Shown in pieces: positions 41,102 through 51,718 of a DNA stretch of 62,717 nt (position 1 is its first letter; each line of letters begins with the position of its first letter). The translations under genes were made by a program, and so were the position numbers. The notes beneath the pieces are model-generated. The model saw nothing but the letters and a program-made list of their open reading frames with translations. It searched no databases and was not told the origin of the DNA. The DNA is taken from sequence record SRR20825010_4822; one strand, given 5' to 3'.

Positions 41102-42847
41102 TTATCTCAAGTTTATACCTAACTCTTTGAGTTGTGTTTCATCAATGCCAGATGGTGAATCAATCATTACATCTCGGCCCGAAGTGTTTTTAGGGAAAGC
41201 GATGTAATCTCTGATACTGTCAGAACCACCGAACATGGCGCAAAGTCTATCGAAACCGAAAGCAATGCCACCGTGTGGAGGCGCACCATATTCGAAAGCG
41301 TCCATTAAAAAGCCAAACTGAGCTTTGGCTTCATCTTCTGTAAAACCTAAGTGTTTAAACATCAACTGCTGTGTAGCTCGGTCATGAATTCTGATAGAAC
41401 CGCCACCAATTTCAACACCGTTGATGACCAAATCGTAAGCATTGGCCCTTACTTTTCCTGGGTCGGTATCGAGTAAGGCCATGTCTTCCGCCTTTGGCGA
41501 AGTGAATGGATGGTGCATTGCGTGAAAACGTTTCGTTTCTTCATCCCATTCCAAAAGTGGGAAGTCAATCACCCAAAGTGGCTGGAAAGTATTTTTATCT
41601 CTTAAGCCCAATTCTTTACCCATGTGCAAACGCAATTCGCTCATTTGTTTACGGGTTTCGTTGGTGGTTCCGCTAAGCACTAAGATTAAATCACCAGCTT
41701 TTGCTCCCGCTTTGTCTGCCCAAGCTTTTAAGTCTTCTTGACTGTAGAATTTATCTACTGAAGATTTGAAAGTGCCATCGGCATTGCATTTTACATACAC
41801 CAAACCTTTGGAGCCAATTTGTGGTCGTCTTACGTAATCAGTCAGGGCATCTAATTGCTTACGGGTGTATTCGGCACAACCTTGGGCACAAATTCCAACT
41901 ACTAATTCTGCCTGATCGAAAATGCTAAAACCTTTGTTTTGCGCTAAGTCGTTCAGTTCGACAAATTCCATCCCAAAACGGATGTCGGGTTTGTCGTTTC
42001 CGTATTTGCGCATGGCATCGGCATAAGTCATGTGCGGGAAGTCGCCCAATTCTACGCCTCTTACAGCAGAGAACATGTGGCGGGTCATGCCTTCGAATGT
42101 ATTCAGAATGTCTTCTTGATTGACGAAAGACATTTCGCAGTCTATTTGAGTAAACTCAGGCTGGCGATCGGCCCTGAGGTCTTCATCTCTAAAACATTTT
42201 ACGATTTGAAAATACCTGTCGAAACCAGAAACCATTAGCAGTTGCTTAAAGGTTTGTGGCGATTGCGGCAACGCATAAAACTCACCTTGGTTCATTCTAG
42301 AAGGCACCACAAAGTCACGGGCTCCTTCTGGCGTAGACTTGATCAAAACAGGCGTTTCAACCTCAATAAAGTCTTGTTCGGTTAAGTAATTACGAACGGC
42401 CATGGCCAGTTTAGAGCGCAATTGTAGCTTGCTACGTACTTCGTTTCTACGCAAATCCAAGTAGCGGTATTTCATTCTGAGTTCTTCGCCACCATCGGTA
42501 TCATTTTCAATAATGAAAGGAGGTACTTTGGAGCCATTCAAAATCTCTAGGCTTTCCACCTTAATTTCGATGCCTCCTGTAGGAATGTTGTCGTTTTTAG
42601 AATAGCGTTCTACCACCGTTCCTGTTGCTTTCACAACGAATTCACGGCCTAGTTTTCTGGCAGTTTCCAACACCTCGGCAGGGGTACTTCCTTCTTCAAA
42701 AGAAAGTTGAGTAATGCCGTAACGATCTCTTAAGTCGGTCCACATAAGGCCGCCTTTATCGCGCGACCGCTGTACCCAACCACAAAGTGTAACTTGCTCG
42801 TTGCTATTGCTTTCTCTTAATTCGCCACAGGTATGCGTTCTTAACAT
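41102..42847 (-). CDS. aspS: Aspartate--tRNA ligase
   Basis: [48 protein letters not shown]. Confidence 0.98.
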   Translation of the reverse strand: MLRTHTCGELRESNSNEQVTLCGWVQRSRDKGGLMWTDLRDRYGITQLSFEEGSTPAEVLETARKLGREFVVKATGTVVERYSKNDNIPTGGIEIKVESLEILNGSKVPPFIIENDTDGGEELRMKYRYLDLRRNEVRSKLQLRSKLAMAVRNYLTEQDFIEVETPVLIKSTPEGARDFVVPSRMNQGEFYALPQSPQTFKQLLMVSGFDRYFQIVKCFRDEDLRADRQPEFTQIDCEMSFVNQEDILNTFEGMTRHMFSAVRGVELGDFPHMTYADAMRKYGNDKPDIRFGMEFVELNDLAQNKGFSIFDQAELVVGICAQGCAEYTRKQLDALTDYVRRPQIGSKGLVYVKCNADGTFKSSVDKFYSQEDLKAWADKAGAKAGDLILVLSGTTNETRKQMSELRLHMGKELGLRDKNTFQPLWVIDFPLLEWDEETKRFHAMHHPFTSPKAEDMALLDTDPGKVRANAYDLVINGVEIGGGSIRIHDRATQQLMFKHLGFTEDEAKAQFGFLMDAFEYGAPPHGGIAFGFDRLCAMFGGSDSIRDYIAFPKNTSGRDVMIDSPSGIDETQLKELGINLR

Positions 42848-43001
42848 GGTATGCTTTCGTAAAATTGAGCCGCAAATTTAGTAATTGTTTTAGCAAATGG
42901 GGCTAATATTAGGCTTCAATCGAAAGAGACTTTTAATCTTTACTTATTCTGAAAAGATTTTCGCTTTCAATGGCCCCTTGGGTAAATAAAACGTTTGAAC
43001 T

Positions 43002-43451
43002 TTGGAACTATCAGTACATAAAGACGAGTTTTTCATGGGTGAGGCTTTAAAGCAAGCTCAAATGGCTTTCGACAGGGGAGAAGTTCCTGTTGGGGCGGTG
43101 GTAGTTGCTGAAAAACGAATTATTGCGCGAGCGTATAATCAAACCGAGCAATTGAATGATGTTACTGCTCACGCAGAAATGCTGGCACTAACTTCGGCCT
43201 TTAATTATTTGGGGGCAAAATACTTGAAAGAGTGTACTTTGTATGTTACGTTAGAGCCTTGTGTAATGTGTGCCGGAGCTCAATATTGGGCACAACTCGG
43301 CAAACTGGTGTACGGAGCTAAAGATATTCGAAGAGGATACAGCATTCACGACAGAAACTTGCTTCATCCTAAAACAGAAGTGGTAGGAGGCTTGTTAGAA
43401 GTAGAGAGCGAAGCGCTTATGAAATCGTTTTTCTCTAAATTGAGACCATAA
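43002..43451 (+). CDS. tadA: tRNA-specific adenosine deaminase
   Basis: EVPVGAV, HAE, TLEPCVMCAGA. Confidence 0.9.
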   Translation: MELSVHKDEFFMGEALKQAQMAFDRGEVPVGAVVVAEKRIIARAYNQTEQLNDVTAHAEMLALTSAFNYLGAKYLKECTLYVTLEPCVMCAGAQYWAQLGKLVYGAKDIRRGYSIHDRNLLHPKTEVVGGLLEVESEALMKSFFSKLRP

Positions 43452-43482
43452 ATTTTTGTTCAACATATAATCATAAATAAAC

Positions 43483-44088
43483 ATGGCATTTAAACTTCCA
43501 GATTTACCATATGCATTTGACGCGCTTGAACCGCACGTGGATGCAAGAACGATGGAAATCCATCACGATAAACATCATGCAGGTTATACCAACAACCTGA
43601 ACGCAGCAATTGAAGGTACTGAAATGGCGGGTAAAAGTATTGAAGAGCTTTTGGCCAATCATACTGACAACGCAGCGGTAAGAAATAACGGTGGCGGTTA
43701 TTATAACCACGATCTTTTTTGGAAAGTAATGTCTCCAAACGGTGGCGGTAAGCCTTCTGGCGATTTAGCGGCAGCAATCGATTCAGCCTTTGGCTCTTTC
43801 GATGGCTTTAAAGATGCTTTCTCAAAAGCAGCAGCGACAAGGTTTGGTTCTGGTTGGGCTTGGCTTTGCGTTCACTCTGGTGGCAAAGTAGAGGTTTGCT
43901 CTTCACCTAACCAAGACAACCCAATGATGCCAAATGTAGGCTGTGGCGGAAAGCCAATTTTGGGCCTTGATGTTTGGGAACACGCTTATTACTTGAACTA
44001 CCAAAACAGAAGACCTGATTACATCAGTGCTTTCTTTAACGTAATTAACTGGGACGAAGTAACCAGAAGATACAACGAAGGAAAGTAA
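43483..44088 (+). CDS. sodA: Superoxide dismutase, Mn-type signature
   Basis: [22 protein letters not shown]. Confidence 0.93.
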   Translation: MAFKLPDLPYAFDALEPHVDARTMEIHHDKHHAGYTNNLNAAIEGTEMAGKSIEELLANHTDNAAVRNNGGGYYNHDLFWKVMSPNGGGKPSGDLAAAIDSAFGSFDGFKDAFSKAAATRFGSGWAWLCVHSGGKVEVCSSPNQDNPMMPNVGCGGKPILGLDVWEHAYYLNYQNRRPDYISAFFNVINWDEVTRRYNEGK

Positions 44089-44111
44089 GATTCTAAAATC
44101 TTGATGAATTC

Positions 44112-44141
44112 AAAACCACCTCTGCAAAGGGGTGGTTTTTT
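44112..44141 (+). terminator. Intrinsic terminator of sodA (possibly bidirectional)
   Basis: AAAACCACCTCT-GCAA-AGGGGTGGTTTTTT. Confidence 0.85.
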
Positions 44142-44230
44142 GTTTTGTAGAGGCGAAAATTAACTATTTGATGTCAAACAGTTAAAGTGGTCAAATTCCA
44201 CCACTTTAAAATTTAGGATAATTCATTTTT

Positions 44231-45466
44231 TTACAAAACCTCTCTCAAAACCCCAATCAATCTATCCACTTCTTCCAGTGTGTTGTAATGCACAAAGCTT
44301 ACGCGTACTGGGCCGCCCTTGGCTTCTAGGTTGAGGGATTGCACCAATTTTTTGGCATAAAAATCACCGAAACGAATACCAATGCGGTGCGGGTCTACTT
44401 GCTTTACAATGGCTTCGCTTTTTAAAGTATCATGATGAAAAGCAATGGTGGATACTCTTCTTTTCTGATCCCCATTTTGCACGCCAAGGGTGGTTACCGT
44501 GTCTTTAGTTTTTAGAAAATCCATAAAGCGATTGGCCAACGCTTCTTCATGGGCGGCAAACAAATCGAAGCTTTTCTGAAATTTCATCTTATCATCCGCT
44601 TTGGCGTCATTTGAAAAATGATGATCGTGAACATCTCTCAAATATTCCGTCAGTCCAGCCATGCTATAGGTCAGTTCAAAGTTCTTATTGCCAGGTTGAA
44701 GTTTGTAAGGCACTTCTGTGATAAAGTAATGGTTAATGCCTGCCATGGCTTCAAGAACTTTCAATTTTCCATACATGAGTGCGCAATGCGGGCCATACAC
44801 TTTATAGCAACTGAATACATAAAAATCCACATCTAAAGCCTGAACATCCACCAAGCGGTGAGGAGCCAGTGCAACGCCATCTACACAGAATAGCGCGCCA
44901 GCTTGATGTACTACTTTGGCTACTTCGGCAATTGGGTTGATGGTGCCTAGAATATTGGAAGCATGCACCATGGTCACCAGTTTCGTTTTGGCTGAAAGCA
45001 GTTGCTTTAGATCTTCGATTTCAAACTCAAGGCTTTCTGGGTTTACCTCCCAAATTTTCACCACAATGCCTTTTTCCTGTAGGTCTGTCCAAGGCGAACA
45101 ATTGGATTCATGTTCAGAGTTGGTGGTAATCACTTCGTCTCCGGCTTTCCATGCTTTTGAAAGCGTTAGGCTCAAAAGTCTAAACATCATGGTGGAGGAA
45201 TGACCCATCACGATTTCTTTTGGGTCTTTGGCATTCACGAGTTTTGCCATTTCTGCTGTCCCGAAATCAACTTTTTCTTTTGCCAGACGCGAAATTTCAT
45301 AGGAAGCCCCGTGCTGTACATCGTAGTTCAAAAGGTATTCTGAAATTCTATCGACAACAGGTTTTAGGGTTTGCGAACCTCCAGCGTTATCCATGTAAAC
45401 AAAGCCGCTATTCAGGGCGGGGAAGTAACTTCTAATAAAATCAAGATCGAGTTGAGGGCTGTTCAT
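44231..45466 (-). CDS. Class V PLP enzyme, cysteine-desulfurase-like (lacks the catalytic Cys)
   Basis: DNAGGSQ, EHESN, ASNILGT, DGV--APH, FSCYKVYG; RFGDFYA where SufS has RAGHHCA. Confidence 0.85.
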   Translation of the reverse strand: MNSPQLDLDFIRSYFPALNSGFVYMDNAGGSQTLKPVVDRISEYLLNYDVQHGASYEISRLAKEKVDFGTAEMAKLVNAKDPKEIVMGHSSTMMFRLLSLTLSKAWKAGDEVITTNSEHESNCSPWTDLQEKGIVVKIWEVNPESLEFEIEDLKQLLSAKTKLVTMVHASNILGTINPIAEVAKVVHQAGALFCVDGVALAPHRLVDVQALDVDFYVFSCYKVYGPHCALMYGKLKVLEAMAGINHYFITEVPYKLQPGNKNFELTYSMAGLTEYLRDVHDHHFSNDAKADDKMKFQKSFDLFAAHEEALANRFMDFLKTKDTVTTLGVQNGDQKRRVSTIAFHHDTLKSEAIVKQVDPHRIGIRFGDFYAKKLVQSLNLEAKGGPVRVSFVHYNTLEEVDRLIGVLREVL

Positions 45467-45491
45467 AGATTAGCAATTTGACGGATAATAT

Positions 45492-45524
45492 AACAAAGGG
45501 TAGCGATCTCTGCTACCCTTTGTT
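45492..45524 (-). terminator. Intrinsic terminator after doxX
   Basis: 13-bp perfect stem AACAAAGGGTAGC / GCTACCCTTTGTT, 7-nt loop. Confidence 0.8.
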
Positions 45525-45551
45525 TTTAAATGGCGGACGAATTAAACGTCT

Positions 45552-45977
45552 TTACTTTTTTCCAATGAATTGATCTACTTCTAGAAATGGCGCTTTGATT
45601 AATGAAAGGCCAAATGCGGCAGCAGCTGCCGAAAACACCGAATAATCGAGAGGAGCTTTTATACCGAAGGAGAAAGCCATTGATAAGCCAAAAATAAGCA
45701 TCAGAACACCACTCAATTGAGCAGTAAGTCTTGTTTTAAAACCAAGGATAAGAAATACGGCAAACAAGACTTCCAGAATAGTAGCACTCCAACCCATGAA
45801 AGGCACTAAGCTTTCGGGTGCCCACGGAACCAGACTGCCAGTGTAGGCCAAGAAAGCCTCCATATTTCCCCAAACGGAAATTTCTGCAGGCCAAAATCCA
45901 CAGCGGTCGGCCACTGCGGAAAGGAATGCCATGCTTAGGGCAAGTCTCAAGAATACTTTTATCCAATGTGCTTTCAT
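45552..45977 (-). CDS. DoxX-family membrane protein
   Basis: 4 TMs, LRLAL--FLSAVADR, KAPLDYSVF. Confidence 0.8.
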   Translation of the reverse strand: MKAHWIKVFLRLALSMAFLSAVADRCGFWPAEISVWGNMEAFLAYTGSLVPWAPESLVPFMGWSATILEVLFAVFLILGFKTRLTAQLSGVLMLIFGLSMAFSFGIKAPLDYSVFSAAAAAFGLSLIKAPFLEVDQFIGKK

Positions 45978-45978
45978 C

Positions 45979-46434
45979 TTATTTTTGGTTTACCTGATAT
46001 TTACCTGGCTCAAATCTAAATGCATCCATCAATCGGTTCCAAGTATTGATCTGAGCAATGGCTAAGGTAAGATTTGCTATTTCTTTTCTAGAGAAAAATT
46101 CTTCTAAGTTGTTAATGTCCTCGTTATTAACTTCATTTTGACTTAGTAGGGTTAGTTTTTCGGCATAATTCAAAACAGCTCTTTCCTTGCCAGAGTAATA
46201 GGACGTTTCTCTCCATGCTGAAATTGAATAGAGTTTCAACTCAGTTTCACCAGCGGCTACTGCTTCTTTAAAGTGCATGTCGAGGCAGTAGGCACAGTGG
46301 TTAATTTGAGAAACCCTGAACCTCATTAACTCTAGAAGTCGATGGTCTAAGCCACAATTATTTAAGTAAGTTTCCACTCCCATGGTTGCTGTATACAAAC
46401 CATTGGGTAATTCTGAGTTTGAAAATCGTTGCAT
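45979..46434 (-). CDS. Carboxymuconolactone decarboxylase / AhpD-like protein
   Basis: RVSQINHCAYCLDMH, INTWNR; start ATG 46434 downstream of the promoter. Confidence 0.88.
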   Translation of the reverse strand: MQRFSNSELPNGLYTATMGVETYLNNCGLDHRLLELMRFRVSQINHCAYCLDMHFKEAVAAGETELKLYSISAWRETSYYSGKERAVLNYAEKLTLLSQNEVNNEDINNLEEFFSRKEIANLTLAIAQINTWNRLMDAFRFEPGKYQVNQK

Positions 46435-46487
46435 AATTTTTATCGTTTTGTGATAGTCCAAATTTCAGAACGATAGACTGGTAAATA

Positions 46488-46503
46488 CTTAAACCAGTTT
46501 AAG
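46488..46503. promoter_or_regulatory. Perfect palindrome, candidate operator for the adjacent Crp/Fnr regulator
   Basis: CTTAAAC-CA-GTTTAAG, 21 nt upstream of GAAATTTG (46466-46459, minus strand). Confidence 0.65.
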
Positions 46504-46515
46504 AAAGTACTTAAT

Positions 46516-47121
46516 TTACTCTCCTTTCTTCTTTTTCTTGGCTTTAATCATACTGAAAAACTCAGGGGTGAAGCCTAAGTAGGAAGCCAGCATTTTCTGA
46601 GGAACTCGTTGTGCAAAAGGGCCAGTTGCATTATTGAAATTATCGAGCATTTCTTCTCGACTGAGGTTAAGTATTAGTTGCAATCGGTTGTGAGCTGCGA
46701 TGAGGGTTTTCTCTGCTATGATTCTAAAGAGTCTTTCTACTTTGGGTACTTTTAAACACAAGCTTTCCATTTTGATTTTATCAAATTTTAGAAGCTCAGC
46801 ATCTTCCAATGCCTGAATATAGTGTAGGGAAGGCTTTTCGTTCACAAAGCTATCATGTTCTGTAATCCACCAATTTTCAATGGCAAAAAGAAGGGTTTGT
46901 TCAGTCCCCTTTTCGTTGAAATAGAAGGTTCTTAAACAGCCACTGAGGATGAAATATTGAGCACGACAAATTTGCCCAGGCTCTAGGAGAAACCTCTTTT
47001 TTACGATTACGATCTTTTCTAAATGATCGAGAAATATTTCGAATTCTCTCTCTTCCAAATCCACATAGCGATTGATGTAATTTTTGATGGCCTCTTTTTG
47101 GCTTTCAGAAATGGAGTTCAT
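46516..47121 (-). CDS. Crp/Fnr-family transcriptional regulator
   Basis: YFILSGCLR cNMP-fold, QALED, C-terminal HTH QRVPQKMLASYLGFTPEFFS. Confidence 0.9.
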   Translation of the reverse strand: MNSISESQKEAIKNYINRYVDLEEREFEIFLDHLEKIVIVKKRFLLEPGQICRAQYFILSGCLRTFYFNEKGTEQTLLFAIENWWITEHDSFVNEKPSLHYIQALEDAELLKFDKIKMESLCLKVPKVERLFRIIAEKTLIAAHNRLQLILNLSREEMLDNFNNATGPFAQRVPQKMLASYLGFTPEFFSMIKAKKKKKGE

Positions 47122-47150
47122 GCACACAAATTAGGAAGTCTTGGGTTCGA

Positions 47151-47186
47151 AAAAAATAAAAAGGGATGCTTTTAGCACCCCTTTTT
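47151..47186 (-). terminator. Intrinsic terminator of amt
   Basis: Minus strand AAAAAGGGGTGCT-AAA-AGCATCCCTTTTTATTTTTT. Confidence 0.82.
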
Positions 47187-47251
47187 CTTGCAAACAAACT
47201 TTGTAACCTAATCTATATACTCGTTGACGATCGATTCAATTTTGATTTTTT

Positions 47252-48550
47252 TTAACCTAGAGTTTCTCCGTGCTGACTTAAGTCTAAACCCCTTTCTTCG
47301 TCTTCAATACTTACTCTCATGGGGATAATCAGGTTGGTTAACTTAAACAGCACATAAGACATTCCGAAGGTAAATGTGCCTACCATAAAAATGGTGGCTA
47401 TATGGCGAAAGAAAGTTGTGGTTTCTCCATAGATAAGGCCTACATCCTTTGCGAAAACCGCGGTAAGAATCATGCCTACAATTCCGCCCACTCCGTGGCA
47501 TGGAAAAACATCTAAGGTATCGTCAATGCCAGTTTTGTTTTTGTAGTAGACTACAATGTTGGATATAATTGCCCCAGCCACACCTATAAAAATACTTTGG
47601 CCAACGGTGACAAAACCAGCCGCAGGGGTAATGGCCACCAAGCCTACTACTGCCCCAATTGATGCTCCCATTCCTGAAATTTTACGTCCCATCAAGGCAT
47701 CATATAATACCCAAGCCAGCATGGCTGCTGCAGAAGCAACGGTAGTGGTAGCGAAAGCCATGGCCGCACTAGAGTTGGCGCCCAGTGCAGAGCCCGCATT
47801 GAAGCCAAACCAACCAAACCAGAGTAAGCCTGTCCCTAACAAAACATAAGGCACATTGGCGGGTTGGTGTTCTGAAGTGCCATGGTCCTTTCTTTTTCCC
47901 AGAATGATGGCCGCGGCTATTGCCGCAAAACCAGCCGACATATGAACAACAGTTCCTCCCGCAAAATCGAGAATGCCCCATTTTCTTAAGAAGCCGTCAG
48001 GATGCCAGGTCATATGCGCTAGAGGAGCATATATAAATACGCTGAAAAGAATGATGAAAAGTAAAAAGCTAGAGAATCTCACTCTTTCGGCAAAGGACCC
48101 CGTAATTAAGGCCGGGGTGATGATGGCGAATTTCATTTGAAATAGTGCGAATAAAATGAAAGGAATTGTAGGAGCTAAGTCCGTTTGAGTGGCCCCTCCA
48201 ACCCCTTTAAAAAAGGCGAAGGTGGCGGGGTTGCCAAAAACACCTCCAATGCTGTCGCCAAAAGCGAGACTAAAACCAAAAATCACCCAAACCAGCGTAA
48301 TTACACCCATGCAGATAAAGCTTTGAAGCATAGTGGAAATCACATTCTTTTTATTCACCATTCCCCCATAAAAAAAGGAAAGCCCTGGGGTCATAAGTAA
48401 TACGAGTCCCGTTGCAGCAAGCATCCAGGCGGTATCGGCACCATTGATATTTGCATCGATAATAACCTCTCCATTATCTACATCGAACATGCTAATGATT
48501 GCTACCAGAATTAGAATAGCAAACCCTGGAATCCACTGTTTTTTGATCAT
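47252..48550 (-). CDS. amtB: Ammonium transporter
   Basis: MTPGL-FFYGG, FQMKFA, DFAGGTVVH, WFGWFGFNAGS, DDTLDVFPCHG. Confidence 0.95.
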   Translation of the reverse strand: MIKKQWIPGFAILILVAIISMFDVDNGEVIIDANINGADTAWMLAATGLVLLMTPGLSFFYGGMVNKKNVISTMLQSFICMGVITLVWVIFGFSLAFGDSIGGVFGNPATFAFFKGVGGATQTDLAPTIPFILFALFQMKFAIITPALITGSFAERVRFSSFLLFIILFSVFIYAPLAHMTWHPDGFLRKWGILDFAGGTVVHMSAGFAAIAAAIILGKRKDHGTSEHQPANVPYVLLGTGLLWFGWFGFNAGSALGANSSAAMAFATTTVASAAAMLAWVLYDALMGRKISGMGASIGAVVGLVAITPAAGFVTVGQSIFIGVAGAIISNIVVYYKNKTGIDDTLDVFPCHGVGGIVGMILTAVFAKDVGLIYGETTTFFRHIATIFMVGTFTFGMSYVLFKLTNLIIPMRVSIEDEERGLDLSQHGETLG

Positions 48551-48673
48551 TGCTTTTGATTTAGGTTAAAAAATGAACAAGTATTTTGATATTTTTTGTA
48601 AAGAAGTGAAAAGCAGGTTTAAAAAACACCCTATTTATTAATTATATTTTGTTTTTGGGCAGACTTTGGTAAT

Positions 48674-48708
48674 AAAAAAGGGGTGATCATTACGACCACC
48701 CCCTTTTC
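48674..48708 (-). terminator. Intrinsic terminator after the coiled-coil lipoprotein gene
   Basis: Minus strand GAAAAGGGGGTGGTC-GTAAT-GATCACCCCTTTTTT. Confidence 0.8.
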
Positions 48709-48730
48709 TCAAACAAAAATTCAAAACCTA

Positions 48731-49501
48731 TTAGTGTAATTTCTTAGCAATCAAATCGATTTTAGGCTTAGCATCTTCTCTACCTAATTCAAGTGCTTTT
48801 TGATAGTTCTCTAAAGCTTGTTTGTAAGTAATTTTTTTCTTGCTAGGGGCTAATTTTGTTCTCTGTGCAGCAAGAGCGTAGGCCTCGCCTCTGGTGAAAT
48901 AGGAGTCTGCTTCGCTAATTTGGAAGGCCGATTTCATTGCTGAAATTTGCTGATCCAAAAGCTCTAGTTCCATTGTTTTTGCTTCAATCATTTCATCTTG
49001 ATTCAAAATGGTTTCTGATTGAATGTTATTTAATGCCACCAACTTTTGATTGTTGTTGGTTTCAGTATCTAATCGAGCTTCTAATAACGCGATGTCATTC
49101 TTTTGCAACTCAAAATCAGCCTTCAATTTCTTTAAGCTATTCGCATAGGTGTTTTGTGCGGTTGTTGAGTTTTTTAATGACTTTTCTAAACTCGAAATCT
49201 GAAGAGAGGTTTGCGCTATATAAGATTTCAATTCAGTTAAATGGGCAATGAAATCCTCTTGAGAGTCGCTGTTCTCTAGAGTTACTCTGAGCATTTTTCT
49301 TCCTAAATCAATTGAATCCAATAAGGTCATCGCTTGCATTAATGTTGCGGATGCCTTTTGATTGCTTTTTAGTTCTGATGAAAGACTATCTAATTTGGCA
49401 GCTAGGCTTGAGTTTTCACTCATCAATACTTCTTTCTCTTTTTCATTAGAGCAGCTGAACAATGTCAAGATGATTACTCCAATGATAATTTGCTGTTTCA
49501 T
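48731..49501 (-). CDS. Uncharacterised coiled-coil lipoprotein
   Basis: Start ATG 49501, lipobox LFSC, long heptad repeats, TPR-like C-terminal helices. Confidence 0.7.
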   Translation of the reverse strand: MKQQIIIGVIILTLFSCSNEKEKEVLMSENSSLAAKLDSLSSELKSNQKASATLMQAMTLLDSIDLGRKMLRVTLENSDSQEDFIAHLTELKSYIAQTSLQISSLEKSLKNSTTAQNTYANSLKKLKADFELQKNDIALLEARLDTETNNNQKLVALNNIQSETILNQDEMIEAKTMELELLDQQISAMKSAFQISEADSYFTRGEAYALAAQRTKLAPSKKKITYKQALENYQKALELGREDAKPKIDLIAKKLH

Positions 49502-49594
49502 GTTTTGTTTTCTGTGTTTGAGCCATTTGACGCAGCTTTTAGAAAAGGTCACAGCAGTAGAATAAAAATATTTTTGGATACCGGGAAGAGATAG

Positions 49595-51625
49595 TTAACG
49601 TGATTGTTTTTTTCTTAATAACTCCTTCAATTCAGCGAGTTCATCACGCAGTCTGGCAGCTTCGATAAAGTCAAGGTCTTTGGCCGCTTTCTCCATCGAT
49701 TTTTGGGTTTTGAGGATCATTTTTTCCATCCCTTCTTTGCTCATATAAGCCACAACAGGGTCGGCCGCTATGGAAATACTTTCGTTTTCAGCATAGTAGT
49801 TCTTTTTCTGTTTTCTGGAATCTGCCACCGAGGTTTGATTCATAATGGCCTCTTTCGATTTATGAATGGTCGTAGGTGTAATACCATGCTCTTCGTTATA
49901 AACCTGCTGAATTGCTCTTCTACGCCTAGTTTCGTCAATGGCGCGCTGCATAGAAACGGTGACCCTATCGGCATACATTATTACCATACCGTTTTGGTTT
50001 CGAGCAGCACGGCCAATGGTTTGCACTAAAGAGCGTTCATTTCGTAGAAAACCTTCTTTGTCGGCATCTAAAATGGCCACGAGAGAAACCTCTGGTAAAT
50101 CGAGCCCTTCTCTCAATAAATTTACGCCCACCAATACATCGAAAACCCCCAGTCTTAGATCACGGAGAATTTCAACCCTGTCAAGGGTGGTCACTTCTGA
50201 GTGGATATAGCGTACTTTCACATTGGCTCTTTCTAAATATTTGGAAAGCTCCTCGGCCATTCTTTTGGTTAAAGTGGTAATGAGTACACGTTCCTCTTTC
50301 TTCACCCGAATGTCAATTTCTTCCAGAATATCATCGATCTGATTTGGGCTTGGCCTTACTTCAATAATAGGGTCTAATAAGCCTGTCGGGCGAATTACCT
50401 GCTCTACTACTTCACCTTGAGTGAGGTTGAGTTCATAATCGGCCGGGGTAGCACTTACGTAAACTGTTTGCTTGGCCAGCCCCTCAAATTCGTCAAATTT
50501 TAGTGGGCGGTTATCCATGGCTGAGGGTAATCTAAAGCCATATTCCACCAAGTTTTCCTTTCTAGACCTATCTCCACCCCACATCGCACGCACCTGTGGT
50601 AGCGTTACGTGACTTTCGTCAACTATCATTAAAAAATCTTCCGGAAAATAATCGAGTAAACAGAAAGGTCTTTGCCCTCTTTCGCGCCTGTCGAAATAGC
50701 GAGAATAATTTTCTACGCCAGAACAATAGCCCAATTCGCGCATCATTTCCAGATCAAACTCTGTCCGTTCTTTAAGTCTTTTGGCTTCTAGGTGTTTTCC
50801 ATCGTCTTCAAATTGGTGGAGTCGCTCTACCAAATCATCCTGGATTTCGAGAATGGCTTGGTTCAATACGTCTTTTCCTGTTACAAAAAGGTTTGCCGGG
50901 AAAATGGTAATGATTTTTTCATCCGAAATCTTCATTCCTGATACGGGGTCAATCATTTGAATAGCCTCAATTTCATCACCCCAGAAGTAAATGCGATAAG
51001 CGAAATCGCCATAAGCAATGAAAATATCTACCGTGTCGCCTTTTACCCGGAAGGTGCCGCGTTTGAATTCAGCCTCGGTTCGGCTGTAAAGAATATCTAC
51101 AAAGGCAAAAAGGAGTTTGTTACGCGAAATGGTATCACCAACTTGGAGTGTTATCACATTTTTGCCAAACTCTTCTGGGTTTCCAATACCGTAAATACAG
51201 GAAACCGAAGCCACTACAATCACATCTCTTCGGCCAGTAAGTAAGGCGGAGGTAGCGCTCAACCTCAGCTTTTCAATTTCCTCATTAATAGAAAGGTCTT
51301 TTTCTATAAAAAGGTTGCTACCCGGAATAAAGGCTTCTGGCTGATAGTAATCGTAGTAGGAGATGAAATACTCTACTGCATTCTCTGGGAAGAATTGCTT
51401 GAATTCTCCATATAGCTGGGCTGCTAAGGTTTTGTTATGGCTTAAGATCAAGGTGGGTTTTTGAACTTCCTGAATAAGGTTGGCTACGGTAAAGGTTTTA
51501 CCCGAACCTGTAACTCCCAACAGCACTTGGCTCGCTTCTCCCGCATTAACACCTTCGGCTAAGGCCTTGATGGCTGTGGGTTGGTCGCCTGTAGGTACAA
51601 ATTCGGAAGTAAGCTTGAAATCCAT
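49595..51625 (-). CDS. uvrB: Excinuclease ABC subunit B
   Basis: [29 protein letters not shown]-terminal UVR domain. Confidence 0.98.
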   Translation of the reverse strand: MDFKLTSEFVPTGDQPTAIKALAEGVNAGEASQVLLGVTGSGKTFTVANLIQEVQKPTLILSHNKTLAAQLYGEFKQFFPENAVEYFISYYDYYQPEAFIPGSNLFIEKDLSINEEIEKLRLSATSALLTGRRDVIVVASVSCIYGIGNPEEFGKNVITLQVGDTISRNKLLFAFVDILYSRTEAEFKRGTFRVKGDTVDIFIAYGDFAYRIYFWGDEIEAIQMIDPVSGMKISDEKIITIFPANLFVTGKDVLNQAILEIQDDLVERLHQFEDDGKHLEAKRLKERTEFDLEMMRELGYCSGVENYSRYFDRRERGQRPFCLLDYFPEDFLMIVDESHVTLPQVRAMWGGDRSRKENLVEYGFRLPSAMDNRPLKFDEFEGLAKQTVYVSATPADYELNLTQGEVVEQVIRPTGLLDPIIEVRPSPNQIDDILEEIDIRVKKEERVLITTLTKRMAEELSKYLERANVKVRYIHSEVTTLDRVEILRDLRLGVFDVLVGVNLLREGLDLPEVSLVAILDADKEGFLRNERSLVQTIGRAARNQNGMVIMYADRVTVSMQRAIDETRRRRAIQQVYNEEHGITPTTIHKSKEAIMNQTSVADSRKQKKNYYAENESISIAADPVVAYMSKEGMEKMILKTQKSMEKAAKDLDFIEAARLRDELAELKELLRKKQSR

Positions 51626-51718
51626 GAGGTAAAACTAAGGTAAAGTGTGAGCAAGAAAAACCTCTCGACACTGTTTTTAGTTCAGAAAGTCTTTGCAGAA
51701 CAGAGTTTAAACAAAAAC

